Source of the DNA: a virus
Lineage: Duplodnaviria > Caudoviricetes
Virus record (IMG/VR): IMGVR_UViG_3300042564_002455
Span: 1-56,491 of that record
DNA: 56,491 nucleotides
Reading direction: 5' to 3' (one strand)
Shown here: piece by piece, positions 19,206-28,293 of the stretch
Numbering within the stretch: position 1 is the first letter of the stretch
How the letters are laid out: every line of letters begins with the position of its first letter
The notes under the pieces: generated by a model
Databases searched by the model: none
What the model was told of the DNA's origin: nothing
The model's input: the letters and a program-made list of their open reading frames with translations, nothing else
Translations under genes and position numbers: made by a program

Positions 19206-21044
19206 ATGGGAGCATTATTAGAATCAGGTCTTGTTGGTAACATCGGTCTTAAGCACCTTAAGGTTATCAAAGAAGATACAATTAACAAATGGGACAAATT
19301 AGGGTTCCTAGAAGGTCTTAAAGGCCACCTAAAAGAAAACGTTGCACAACTTTATGAAAACCAAGCATCTTTCTTGATTAACGAAGCATCTTCAGAATCT
19401 TCTAACGGAGCATTTGAAACAGTTGTTTTTCCAATCGTAAGACGTGTTTTCTCTAAATTGTTGGCTAACGAAATCGTATCAGTACAAGCAATGAACTTAC
19501 CAATTGGTAAATTATTCTACTTCGTACCTAAAATTCAAGGTTATAACACTGCGGACGCTAATGGAAATCCACATTTCGGTCCTGTTGGAGCACCAGATGG
19601 TCCAACACTAGCAGAATCACAAGCGGGTTATGGTGCTAACGATAAAAACCTTTATGATAGATTTTATGAAGGAAATGAACCAACTTTGGATCCTGCTGGA
19701 CTTTTTGATTACTCAAAAGGTGCTTATACGGCAATTACAACAACAAATGTTGTAACAGTTGCTTGGTCAAATGGTGTAATGATACCAACGGCTTACTCTT
19801 TAACAGGTGGTACGGTAGCGGCAACAGGTGCTGACGGAGGTCCTGTTTACAGAAAAGCAATTATCGTTATGTCAGGATTCTCAACCGCAGGTGAAGGTAA
19901 ATTGATTGGACCTGACGGTATGGAAATTGATAGCGAGGCTTTCCTTTCTGATTTAAAGGTTAAAGCAGTATCTACCGGAGCATTCTCAGGAATGGGATCT
20001 GGTGACTTACTATTTAGAGTTGTTACTCAAAAATACGGTAAAGGTATTGTACAATACGGACAACAAGCTACGACAACTTGGTCATCAACAGGAAATGGTG
20101 GATCTTATTACGATATATGTGATTCAGTAGGTCTTATTTATTTAGAAGTTGACTTACAAGTTCCTTGTGCTCTTGGTACGGCTTCTTTAGATGGTTACTC
20201 AGGTTTAACTTTAAATATCTCTGGTGATGCATCAAATGGAACTCAATTTACTTGTTCTTTCAGAAGATATAAGTCATTGGAATTCGAAGACCAAATTGGT
20301 GAGGTTTCTTTCGACCTTCAATCCGTTACTGTATCTGTTACTGAAAGAAAACTAAGAGCACAATGGTCTCCTGAGTTAGCTCAAGACGTTGCGGCTTTCC
20401 ATAACATCGACGCTGAGGCTGAATTGACGGCATTGTTGTCAGAACAAGTAGCTGCTGAGATTGACCGTGAAATTTTACGTGACTTACGTAAAGGAGCGGC
20501 TTGGAATCTACGTTGGGATTACAACGGATGGAAGAGAGGAACATCATCTAATCCATTAACTCAATACACTCAAAAAGATTGGAATCAGACTTTGATTACC
20601 GCAATTAACCAATTGTCGGCTCAAATTCACAAGTCAACTCTTCGTGGTGGTGCTAATTGGATCGTAGTTTCTTCTGAAGTTTCTGCAATTTTTGATGACT
20701 TGGAATACTTCCACGTATCAAATGCTTCACCTGAGCAAGATCAGTACAACATGGGTATTGAAAGAGTAGGTACATTAGCTGGTCGTTACCAAGTATTCCG
20801 TGACCCTTACTTCCCTGCTAACCAAGTGTTAGTTGGTCACAAAGGTACATCGTTACTTGACACAGGTTACATCTACGCACCGTACGTACCTCTACAATTA
20901 ACACCAACTATGTACAATCCGTTCAATTTTACACCTATCAAAGGTATTATGACACGTTACGCTAAGAAAATGGTTAATAACCGTTTCTACGGACGTATCA
21001 CAGTTGATGGTGTTAGAACGTTTGATTTGAGAGAATTGAGATAA
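19206..21044 (+). CDS. Major capsid protein (T4 gp23-like)
   Basis: PIVRRVF, VSVQAMNLP, RKLRAQWSPELAQD..AFHNIDAEAEL, EIDREIL, YAPYVPL, GIMTRY. Confidence 0.97.
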   Translation: MGALLESGLVGNIGLKHLKVIKEDTINKWDKLGFLEGLKGHLKENVAQLYENQASFLINEASSESSNGAFETVVFPIVRRVFSKLLANEIVSVQAMNLPIGKLFYFVPKIQGYNTADANGNPHFGPVGAPDGPTLAESQAGYGANDKNLYDRFYEGNEPTLDPAGLFDYSKGAYTAITTTNVVTVAWSNGVMIPTAYSLTGGTVAATGADGGPVYRKAIIVMSGFSTAGEGKLIGPDGMEIDSEAFLSDLKVKAVSTGAFSGMGSGDLLFRVVTQKYGKGIVQYGQQATTTWSSTGNGGSYYDICDSVGLIYLEVDLQVPCALGTASLDGYSGLTLNISGDASNGTQFTCSFRRYKSLEFEDQIGEVSFDLQSVTVSVTERKLRAQWSPELAQDVAAFHNIDAEAELTALLSEQVAAEIDREILRDLRKGAAWNLRWDYNGWKRGTSSNPLTQYTQKDWNQTLITAINQLSAQIHKSTLRGGANWIVVSSEVSAIFDDLEYFHVSNASPEQDQYNMGIERVGTLAGRYQVFRDPYFPANQVLVGHKGTSLLDTGYIYAPYVPLQLTPTMYNPFNFTPIKGIMTRYAKKMVNNRFYGRITVDGVRTFDLRELR

Positions 21045-21065
21045 TCAATTATCTATGTAATATTG

Positions 21066-21094
21066 AAAAGGGACAAGAAATTGTCCCTTTTTTT
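21066..21094. terminator. Intrinsic terminator after the capsid gene (probably bidirectional)
   Basis: AAAAGGGACAA-GAAA-TTGTCCCTTTTTTT. Confidence 0.9.
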
Positions 21095-21326
21095 ATGCCC
21101 CTTCTTTTGGTAATTCTTCCGTTTTAGACAATACCCTTATTGATTTAGATATGATTTCAACCTCAGCAAAACTATATACCCCCCTCTGATAAGCGTGTCT
21201 AACGGCTTCCACTAAGTAATAATTGGCATGTTCCTTATCCATAACACCCAAAATTAAATCTATATGTTCTTCTGAGTGTAGTTCTATACTACCGAATAAA
21301 ACTGCGTATGGATTATTTTCTTGCAT
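21093..21326 (-). CDS. Hypothetical protein
   Basis: 77-aa ORF ending at the terminator. Confidence 0.7.
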   Translation of the reverse strand: MQENNPYAVLFGSIELHSEEHIDLILGVMDKEHANYYLVEAVRHAYQRGVYSFAEVEIISKSIRVLSKTEELPKEGA

Positions 21327-21453
21327 AAACTTTTGATTTTATAAACATCATTATTTCTTGTTCAATATTATCAATCAATTCGTAATTATCCAAAACTATT
21401 TTAGAAAATTCTTCTGTTAACTCAGGAGTCCATTTAAAATGTTCGTAAATCAT
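21313..21453 (-). CDS. Small hypothetical protein (start revised to ATG 21453)
   Basis: MIYEHFKWTPELTEEF...; a TTGACT-N17-TATTTT promoter-like element overlaps the longer TTG start given in the track. Confidence 0.55.
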   Translation of the reverse strand: MIYEHFKWTPELTEEFSKIVLDNYELIDNIEQEIMMFIKSKVYARK

Positions 21454-21511
21454 AACAATTCGTTTTTTAAGATATTTATATAAAAATAGAAATAACAAAT
21501 CATTAAGTCAA

Positions 21512-22237
21512 ATGAGTAACAATAAATTAAACGAGGCTACAGTTACATCTTCATCGTCAGGTAAATACCAAGCACCATTATCGCCAGGTATTAGGGAATT
21601 TGATAAGCAAGAAATGCAACCTTTCTATATACCAACCTCTAAATACGATGACTCCGAATTGGCTTATGATAGTTATGACGGTAAGATGTCAACACCAAAA
21701 AATAAAATAAAGAAAATGGAAACAAACGCAAGAAAAATATCTAAATATATTAAGGACCATCCAAGTGATTCTGATGATGATGGTAATAACTTAAATAGTG
21801 GTAATGGTCCAATTAAACCATTGGGTGAATCAACAGAGAACGAAAACATCAGGGATGTAATAAAGAATGTTTTAAGGGAGGATTTGGGTGTTTGGTTCGG
21901 TACTAAGAAAAAACCTAAAGGTAGTAAACAACCGGGAGGTCCTTGGGTTAATATATGTAGAAAAAAAGAAGGTGGGGGTCATCCTCCTTGTGGTAGACCT
22001 GAGGCTTCAGATAAGGGATATCCAAAATGTAGAGCCGCAGGTGTTGCCTCAAAAATGACTGACTCACAAAAGAAAAGTGCTTGTCAACAAAAAAGAACTG
22101 CCGAGAAATCACACTCTAAGTCAGGAACGGGAAACAAACCAAAAATGACTCATTATAAACCAAAAAAAAATACCTCCAAAAATGAAGGTATTGATAAATT
22201 GGTTAAAAAAATTATAAAAGAAATTAGAACTTATTAA
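21512..22237 (+). CDS. Basic protein with DUF5872-like C-terminal half motif, putative head-internal
   Basis: L.VWF...WVNIC...PCGR...YPKCR motif, flanked by IRDVIKNVLRE and IDKLVKKIIKE helices. Confidence 0.7.
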   Translation: MSNNKLNEATVTSSSSGKYQAPLSPGIREFDKQEMQPFYIPTSKYDDSELAYDSYDGKMSTPKNKIKKMETNARKISKYIKDHPSDSDDDGNNLNSGNGPIKPLGESTENENIRDVIKNVLREDLGVWFGTKKKPKGSKQPGGPWVNICRKKEGGGHPPCGRPEASDKGYPKCRAAGVASKMTDSQKKSACQQKRTAEKSHSKSGTGNKPKMTHYKPKKNTSKNEGIDKLVKKIIKEIRTY

Positions 22238-22643
22238 GAATATCATTAAGTGAGTGACTAATCTGTCCATTGATTACAACCTCGTAGGACTTCCTACGAC
22301 GTTCTATCTCGTGATTAAACAAGTAAACTACCCTTTCCCAAGTTCTAGCGTCTAATATAATAGAATAATGATATACGTGATTGGTTACGAACGCCTGTTG
22401 GCTCTGTAATGTTAGGTATATACCCAATCTCTCATTCTTAACCACACGTTTATCACTTATGGGTGATAGTATTAATTCAGAATCATTCTGATTAATTAAT
22501 TTACGACAAATGTGAAAACAAGTTGTTTGGAACTCCTTAATTTCGGGGTCTAAACCTTGGTCTAATGGACGACGTTTTATCCATTTATAATAACGAAAAG
22601 TAATTCTATTAATTTTGTGTTTTACGAATTGGTAGGGTGTCAT
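22224..22643 (-). CDS. Hypothetical protein
   Basis: 139-aa ORF with Bacteroidota-type -7 box TATCTTTG on the minus strand at 22663-22670. Confidence 0.7.
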   Translation of the reverse strand: MTPYQFVKHKINRITFRYYKWIKRRPLDQGLDPEIKEFQTTCFHICRKLINQNDSELILSPISDKRVVKNERLGIYLTLQSQQAFVTNHVYHYSIILDARTWERVVYLFNHEIERRRKSYEVVINGQISHSLNDILNKF

Positions 22644-22685
22644 ATATCCGATTTTGGTTTTACAAAGATAATGACTTTTTTTGGA

Positions 22686-23174
22686 TTAACAATAAGGTGG
22701 GGAACATCTTTTTTTACCGTCTAAACCTTTCATTTTACCCTGACACACTTGAACCGCGAACCCATTTCCGTATGCTGAGGGGTAAACCTTAAATTTTGAT
22801 TTAGCCGCCGCCTTACCCCTCGCACATAATTTAGTTCCGGCCTTTTTTCTACCCTCCTCAATTACATCATCAAAAGAACTATTATCCATATGTTGTTCAT
22901 CACCACCTTTGATTTCATTCATCATAAAATCAAAAACTTGATCCATATTGTTTTTGGATTCGGCAATATGGTCTTGTGCCCAATCGTGACCATTATCCAA
23001 TATTTCTTCTATCATCCCCCTATCTTGTTCTAATAGAAATTCACATTGTCTTTTCATCTGTTCTAAGTTTGAAAAGAACATATATCTATCACCACGTTCT
23101 TCGTGTGATTCGTTTAATACTCGTTTTATCAAATGAGTAATATCTGCTTCGGTTAATCTAATTACTTTTTTCAT
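22686..23174 (-). CDS. Putative head-internal protein with RLTE leader and DUF5872-like YPSAY motif
   Basis: MKKVIRLTEADITHLIKRVLNE; GHDWAQDHI; KAAAKSKFKVYPSAYGNG. Confidence 0.75.
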   Translation of the reverse strand: MKKVIRLTEADITHLIKRVLNESHEERGDRYMFFSNLEQMKRQCEFLLEQDRGMIEEILDNGHDWAQDHIAESKNNMDQVFDFMMNEIKGGDEQHMDNSSFDDVIEEGRKKAGTKLCARGKAAAKSKFKVYPSAYGNGFAVQVCQGKMKGLDGKKRCSPPYC

Positions 23175-23176
23175 TT

Positions 23177-23545
23177 TTATACTTTTTTTAATTTTAAATC
23201 AGGCTCAATAAAACTACCACTATCAATTACGCTTGGTGATCCCGTATCCACGAAATTTATAACTTTTTTAATTATATCGGAATCAACATCCTTAGACATT
23301 TTACCACCTGTTATTGTATAACCATTACCGGTAGGTGTTATGTTTTTAATATTCATATCACCTAATTTAGTGTATAATCTAATTTTTTGTAATTTATTCT
23401 GACTATTAGCGATTGATATTGTTCCATCAGGGTTAATGGTAAAGTTCCTTCCTAATAAAGTATTTGTGGAGGTGTTAGATTCTTCTATGACTCTTTGAAC
23501 AATCATTCTTAAATCTGATTCGGTTAATCTAATTACTTTTTTCAT
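23177..23545 (-). CDS. Putative head-internal protein with RLTE leader
   Basis: MKKVIRLTESDLRMIVQRVIEE; first 27 nt identical to those of the downstream gene. Confidence 0.75.
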   Translation of the reverse strand: MKKVIRLTESDLRMIVQRVIEESNTSTNTLLGRNFTINPDGTISIANSQNKLQKIRLYTKLGDMNIKNITPTGNGYTITGGKMSKDVDSDIIKKVINFVDTGSPSVIDSGSFIEPDLKLKKV

Positions 23546-23569
23546 AATAATATAAATACCTTATAAAAC

Positions 23570-23598
23570 AAAAAACCCCTCTTTTGGAGGGGGGTTTT
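23570..23598 (-). terminator. Intrinsic terminator after the T9SS cargo gene
   Basis: Minus strand reads CCCCTC-CAAAA-GAGGGG-TTTTTT. Confidence 0.8.
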
Positions 23599-23603
23599 AT
23601 TAT

Positions 23604-24881
23604 TTATTTTTTGAACATTTTATGTAGTGTCGTATTTTGTTTGGATATTACCTTTATATAGTATATACCATTTGGTAAATCCTTGGTTTCTATTTTACCT
23701 GTAACGCCTTTTATTGATTTTACTATCTTACCTACATAGTCATAAATTTCCACATTAGATAATTCTGTCTTATTAATTAAAACCTCTTCGTTAAAAGGAT
23801 TGGGTGATAATGAAACATCAATTTCGTCATTAGACGTGATAACATCATCAAACTCAACTCTACTTTGATTATTACAATAATGTAGTGACATTACACCATC
23901 AACATCATATCCATCAGCACTTGATGAGAATTGAGTGAATGGACTTCTATCACTTATTCTGATGTATTGGAAGCATTTAACATATTCCATCTCAATATAC
24001 GAATCCATACATACCTCACCTAATAAAGTCCAATAATCACCGTCCATAGACACTTCAATTAACGCTTTTTCAGGGTAATTAGAACATAATGGATTACCAT
24101 AACTTGTTTCAGTAATTTTGATATCATCACCTTCTTCATTAAAGACAACGAAATCAAACTTTAAAACTAATTGACCACCGAAACCTAATGATACGAAATT
24201 AATTACTTCAGTTCCTTGTGGGATACCTAAAGCGTTTAATGGGTTAGTTCTTGCCGTGGTAATCGGAGTTCCATTTTTTCTTAGTCCTGGTGTGTAGGAC
24301 ATTACTTTCTGAGCAGATCCACCAATCAATGTTGTTGGTGTTGGATTGTTTTCTTTCTGAATTCCCTCAACACCATCAATATCATATCCGTCACAAACTC
24401 CCAACGATTCAAAATTACCATGAGGGGAAACATCAATAATTTTAATGTATTGAACCCAATTCATTTCACCCAAATCAAATTGTTCGTCTTGACAAGCTTC
24501 ACCAACATAATACCAATTACAATTGTCTTGGGATACAAAAACCTGAACTTTCTCAGGGTATCTTTTACAATTAGGATTGTTAAATGTTGTTTCATACAAG
24601 ATAATGTCATTACCTTCAATGTTCTTTACCGGACTTGAGAATTTAAGGACAATTTCTCCACCGAAACCTAAAGAAACGTAATTAGCGTTTTCCTCACTTG
24701 TTGGTGTGTCGGAAGATTGAGCCTGACCGATGGCTCGTAATGGGTTAGAGCGTAAGGAACTAACGACTTGACCATCGTTGTTTAGTCCTTGATTGAATGA
24801 TACAATCTCATCAACCCATATGGATTGAGCAATAGAGATTTGACACAAAATTCCCGCGAAAAGTGTTAGGAGTGTTTTCAT
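23604..24881 (-). CDS. Secreted protein with signal peptide, two tandem beta-rich repeats and a T9SS (Por) type A C-terminal sorting domain
   Basis: MKTLLTLFAGILCQISIA-Q signal; duplicated VSLGFGG...YPEK..V..VS.D...DGYD.DGV; SPNPF...IYDYVGK...LPNGIYYIKV...KMFKK. Confidence 0.88.
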   Translation of the reverse strand: MKTLLTLFAGILCQISIAQSIWVDEIVSFNQGLNNDGQVVSSLRSNPLRAIGQAQSSDTPTSEENANYVSLGFGGEIVLKFSSPVKNIEGNDIILYETTFNNPNCKRYPEKVQVFVSQDNCNWYYVGEACQDEQFDLGEMNWVQYIKIIDVSPHGNFESLGVCDGYDIDGVEGIQKENNPTPTTLIGGSAQKVMSYTPGLRKNGTPITTARTNPLNALGIPQGTEVINFVSLGFGGQLVLKFDFVVFNEEGDDIKITETSYGNPLCSNYPEKALIEVSMDGDYWTLLGEVCMDSYIEMEYVKCFQYIRISDRSPFTQFSSSADGYDVDGVMSLHYCNNQSRVEFDDVITSNDEIDVSLSPNPFNEEVLINKTELSNVEIYDYVGKIVKSIKGVTGKIETKDLPNGIYYIKVISKQNTTLHKMFKK

Positions 24882-24965
24882 AGTTGTTTTTTTTTAATAA
24901 ATATTAATAGTTAATTTTTGATTAATCAAATGTAAGATATGAATTAATATTAGTAACCTTTAAAT

Positions 24966-26456
24966 TTATTTTTTATTTACAATCTGAAACTTGATTTGTT
25001 TTTTGTATGTGTTGATTTCTCCCGTTACATCTAATTTTAAATCAATGTAATATTCATTCGGTATTTTATCTCTTGTGTCAAAGATAAAGTAATATTCATT
25101 TGGTGCTTTATTTATTTGTGTCCAATCCTGAACTTGAACTTCAGTTTGACCCTCCTTAACATATATTCGGTAATATGCCTTTATTTTTTCTAGTGGTTGG
25201 TTTGATGTGTATTGTTTTTTAATGACAACACCAACTTTACGTAAATCCGTATTTAATATTTTCTCATCTTGTTTTATCCCATAATAATCAAAACCATATA
25301 AAGCAGGTTCCTTAGTTGTTGTTCCTATCGTTAACGCTTTTGAATATGGTTGTATGACCAACTCATTTTCAATGTCGGGTAATTGAATCCCATTTAAAAA
25401 TAAATCACCCCACACATCAGTAAAGGTACAAGGTGACTTATACCCCAATAATGCGGGTATTGTTACTTCGTATATTCCTTTAGTTTTTCTACATGTTGTA
25501 ATAGCGGATAAAGATGGTATTAGGTCACCATTATTATCTAATAGTGATACAATTGGGTTGGAATCCAAATTAACTGGGTTACCATCTTCATATAGATACA
25601 AATATAATTTATTTGGTCTTCCTAAACTAAACAAATCCCTATCATCGGTAATTAAATCATTATAATTTGTTAATAGGTATGGTTCATAAAATGTTTGAGT
25701 ATGACGAGTAAAGAAACCAACGGAAAAATACTGAGTTATCCCCGTAAATAATTCTATATTTGGTTTATAGGCAATACCCCATCCAGTAACACCTGTTATT
25801 GCACCATTTAAAATACCATTAATTTCATCGGTCATATCAAAAGATATATTCTCATTTCCAAATTCAAAATGTTGTTCCGCAATAATAGTAAGACCTGAAT
25901 AATTTACACCTGACCCCGTTATTGAGTTTGTGTTATCATACATACCTTCTGTTGACCAAGGTAATGTTGTTTGACGATAAAACCAATTGGATGATTCTAA
26001 TGAGAAGTTTTTTCTTGTAAAAACAGATTCCGTGTCATTTAACCCTATACCAAAATCGTATTCTCTACCAACACCTTCGTCCCAAGGTTGGGGATTTCCA
26101 GTTGTACCTGAAGAGAGTGGGATTCTAAATAATATTAAATCAAAAGATGACGCTCTTTTTATTTCACCTGAAAACCTAGTGGCGTTTAATAATCCCGGAT
26201 CAAATGATGCGGTATTGGTCATTATTAATGTATGAGTCATAGAACTAGTACATCCTGTTTGAATAACTCCGTTACTAATCTTCTCAGTTAATAAATCTAA
26301 ATTTAAGTCAAATATGAATCTACTATATATTGTACTTGGGTTTTCGGTATTAATGTAGCCAAAGAAAAGTTCTGTTATAGGCGCCTGACCCGTATTACTA
26401 TATGTGTTATATAGTATAGTGTTGTTTCTACTGAAATATGAGTTATTTATTGACAT
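24966..26456 (-). CDS. Putative virion structural protein
   Basis: 496 aa, beta-rich, W.EG.G motif, own TATTTAT box, next to baseplate-like genes. Confidence 0.7.
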   Translation of the reverse strand: MSINNSYFSRNNTILYNTYSNTGQAPITELFFGYINTENPSTIYSRFIFDLNLDLLTEKISNGVIQTGCTSSMTHTLIMTNTASFDPGLLNATRFSGEIKRASSFDLILFRIPLSSGTTGNPQPWDEGVGREYDFGIGLNDTESVFTRKNFSLESSNWFYRQTTLPWSTEGMYDNTNSITGSGVNYSGLTIIAEQHFEFGNENISFDMTDEINGILNGAITGVTGWGIAYKPNIELFTGITQYFSVGFFTRHTQTFYEPYLLTNYNDLITDDRDLFSLGRPNKLYLYLYEDGNPVNLDSNPIVSLLDNNGDLIPSLSAITTCRKTKGIYEVTIPALLGYKSPCTFTDVWGDLFLNGIQLPDIENELVIQPYSKALTIGTTTKEPALYGFDYYGIKQDEKILNTDLRKVGVVIKKQYTSNQPLEKIKAYYRIYVKEGQTEVQVQDWTQINKAPNEYYFIFDTRDKIPNEYYIDLKLDVTGEINTYKKQIKFQIVNKK

Positions 26457-26494
26457 TTTTCTGTTTTACAATAAATATCAATAAAGTTGGATAA

Positions 26495-28099
26495 TTAATT
26501 TATTCTTACGTTTTGGTTTAGAACCGTATTTGGAGCATCCAACATCTTTTGTAATATATCCGCAGATAATGTACCATCCAATGCCGTTGGGACTGGAGCT
26601 AAACCGTGATATGGATGTACGTGAGCGGTTAAGAATTTAACAATCAAAGTTATCATATCCATTAATTTATCACCCCTAACCATTGGGTCAGTTTGATTTT
26701 CCATATCAACTAATTTTGGTTGTGATATACCATAAATTGTATTCTTTAAATCTATTTTCTTTTGACCTATTTGTGAATCTTGAGAAATTAAGTATATTTT
26801 TTGAGCCCCCAATACTCCATAAGTAACACTTTCATTATTAACTTTAAATGGGGTGTATTTATTATTATTAACTTTAATCGGATCCCCAAAAATAGGATTA
26901 CCATCTTTATTTTTACCCGATACAATACCGAAACCAAAAGACATACCCCCACTACCCACTTGTATTTTTTGGTAGAATCTCATAATGTTACTGGATTCTA
27001 ATACCGCTTCAAGTGGTGATGACCCATTCAAATCCTCTAACTTATTATATGTTGCCGGTGACGGTCTAAAGGCAAAAGTAAATTGGTCTCCATCATTTTG
27101 GGGTTTAAATATTTTACCATTATACCCATCAAAATCTTTCATATTTATTTCACCATTAAGTAATTGTAAAATAAATGAATTGATTAAGTTAACCGCATTT
27201 TCAAAACTCTGTCCTTGGAAGTTAATACTGATAGGTAACTGAGCCCCTTTTATGTCCTCAATATCGGTAGTTATTTTAAAATTTTTACTATTTAATCTGT
27301 CGTCTTTTTTTCTTTGTACGTTATATAGATTAACATACCCTGTAAAAATATCTTGGTCATTCTCAGGGTTAGTTATATGCCACTCCACCAATAATTTTAT
27401 TGGTTGTGATACCGTGGTTATACTTAATTGAGACGTTGGCTTATCCTTAACCATTGAGGTTGTGAAATGTGATAATTGTAAAAATGACCTATTATCGTTT
27501 GCAGTTGGTAATGTATTTACATCATATTTTTTTGTTTTTCCCGCTCTGATTAATACGTCATTCTCTTTAAGAATGATATCGGTAGTTCCTCTACCTAAAA
27601 TCGCATTATCTTCTGGCTCAGGAAATATACCTTTAGTATCTTTTGGTACTTGACCCCCATTACCCGCCAATGGTAAAGTCGGTGCGATGTTATCCCCCTT
27701 TGATGTGTTTGTTTTTGATGATACATAATTCTCATAAGCGACCGACATCGGTGATGATGGTGATGTTGGTAAATAATATCTAGCAGCGTCAGTGAATTTG
27801 GTTAATTGTGTTTTACCGATACTTTGTACCACGGGGTATAATATATTAACCGATTCATTAATTTTTGGCGTTACATTTAAAGAAAACGGTAATAATGGTA
27901 AAAAAACAAATGGGTCGTATTTTGTCCATAAATAAATTGGTGAAATATTATCCTTAGTTGAACTAAGATACTTTGGATCAACGCTATTTAATATATCGCT
28001 TTTGGTTTGGTTGTCTGGTTGTACCCTCAATCGACCTAATCTATAAGGGTCAGCACTATCAAGAACAAAACCTGTAAATAATATTTTACCTATTTCCAT
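26495..28099 (-). CDS. Baseplate hub/central spike (gp5-like OB fold with C-terminal HxH)
   Basis: V.DSADPYRLGRLRV...W...PLLP....TPKINESV.I N-terminus; HVHPYHG near the C-terminus. Confidence 0.7.
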   Translation of the reverse strand: MEIGKILFTGFVLDSADPYRLGRLRVQPDNQTKSDILNSVDPKYLSSTKDNISPIYLWTKYDPFVFLPLLPFSLNVTPKINESVNILYPVVQSIGKTQLTKFTDAARYYLPTSPSSPMSVAYENYVSSKTNTSKGDNIAPTLPLAGNGGQVPKDTKGIFPEPEDNAILGRGTTDIILKENDVLIRAGKTKKYDVNTLPTANDNRSFLQLSHFTTSMVKDKPTSQLSITTVSQPIKLLVEWHITNPENDQDIFTGYVNLYNVQRKKDDRLNSKNFKITTDIEDIKGAQLPISINFQGQSFENAVNLINSFILQLLNGEINMKDFDGYNGKIFKPQNDGDQFTFAFRPSPATYNKLEDLNGSSPLEAVLESSNIMRFYQKIQVGSGGMSFGFGIVSGKNKDGNPIFGDPIKVNNNKYTPFKVNNESVTYGVLGAQKIYLISQDSQIGQKKIDLKNTIYGISQPKLVDMENQTDPMVRGDKLMDMITLIVKFLTAHVHPYHGLAPVPTALDGTLSADILQKMLDAPNTVLNQNVRIN

Positions 28100-28292
28100 T
28101 ATTTCTTTTTTGATACTCTTTTAATACTTTATTATAGGTGATTTCTAAATTATCTAAATAAAGTGTTAGGTTAATAATCGAGTTTTTAGTTTTAACAAAA
28201 TCCTCATTAATAAAATCCATAACGGAAGTCAAATCTTTATTTGGACTATTTTCAATGTCATTAATAACACTTTTGAATTTTTCAATTTCCAT
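28086..28292 (-). CDS. Small coiled-coil hypothetical protein
   Basis: ATG at 28292 immediately after the upstream stop; overlaps the start of the spike gene. Confidence 0.7.
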   Translation of the reverse strand: MEIEKFKSVINDIENSPNKDLTSVMDFINEDFVKTKNSIINLTLYLDNLEITYNKVLKEYQKRNNGNR

Positions 28293-28293
28293 A

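Noticed and set aside
11553-21044. Introns, inteins or homing endonucleases in terminase, portal or capsid genes
   Set aside because: ORFs are continuous and I saw no intein splice-junction, LAGLIDADG or HNH motifs
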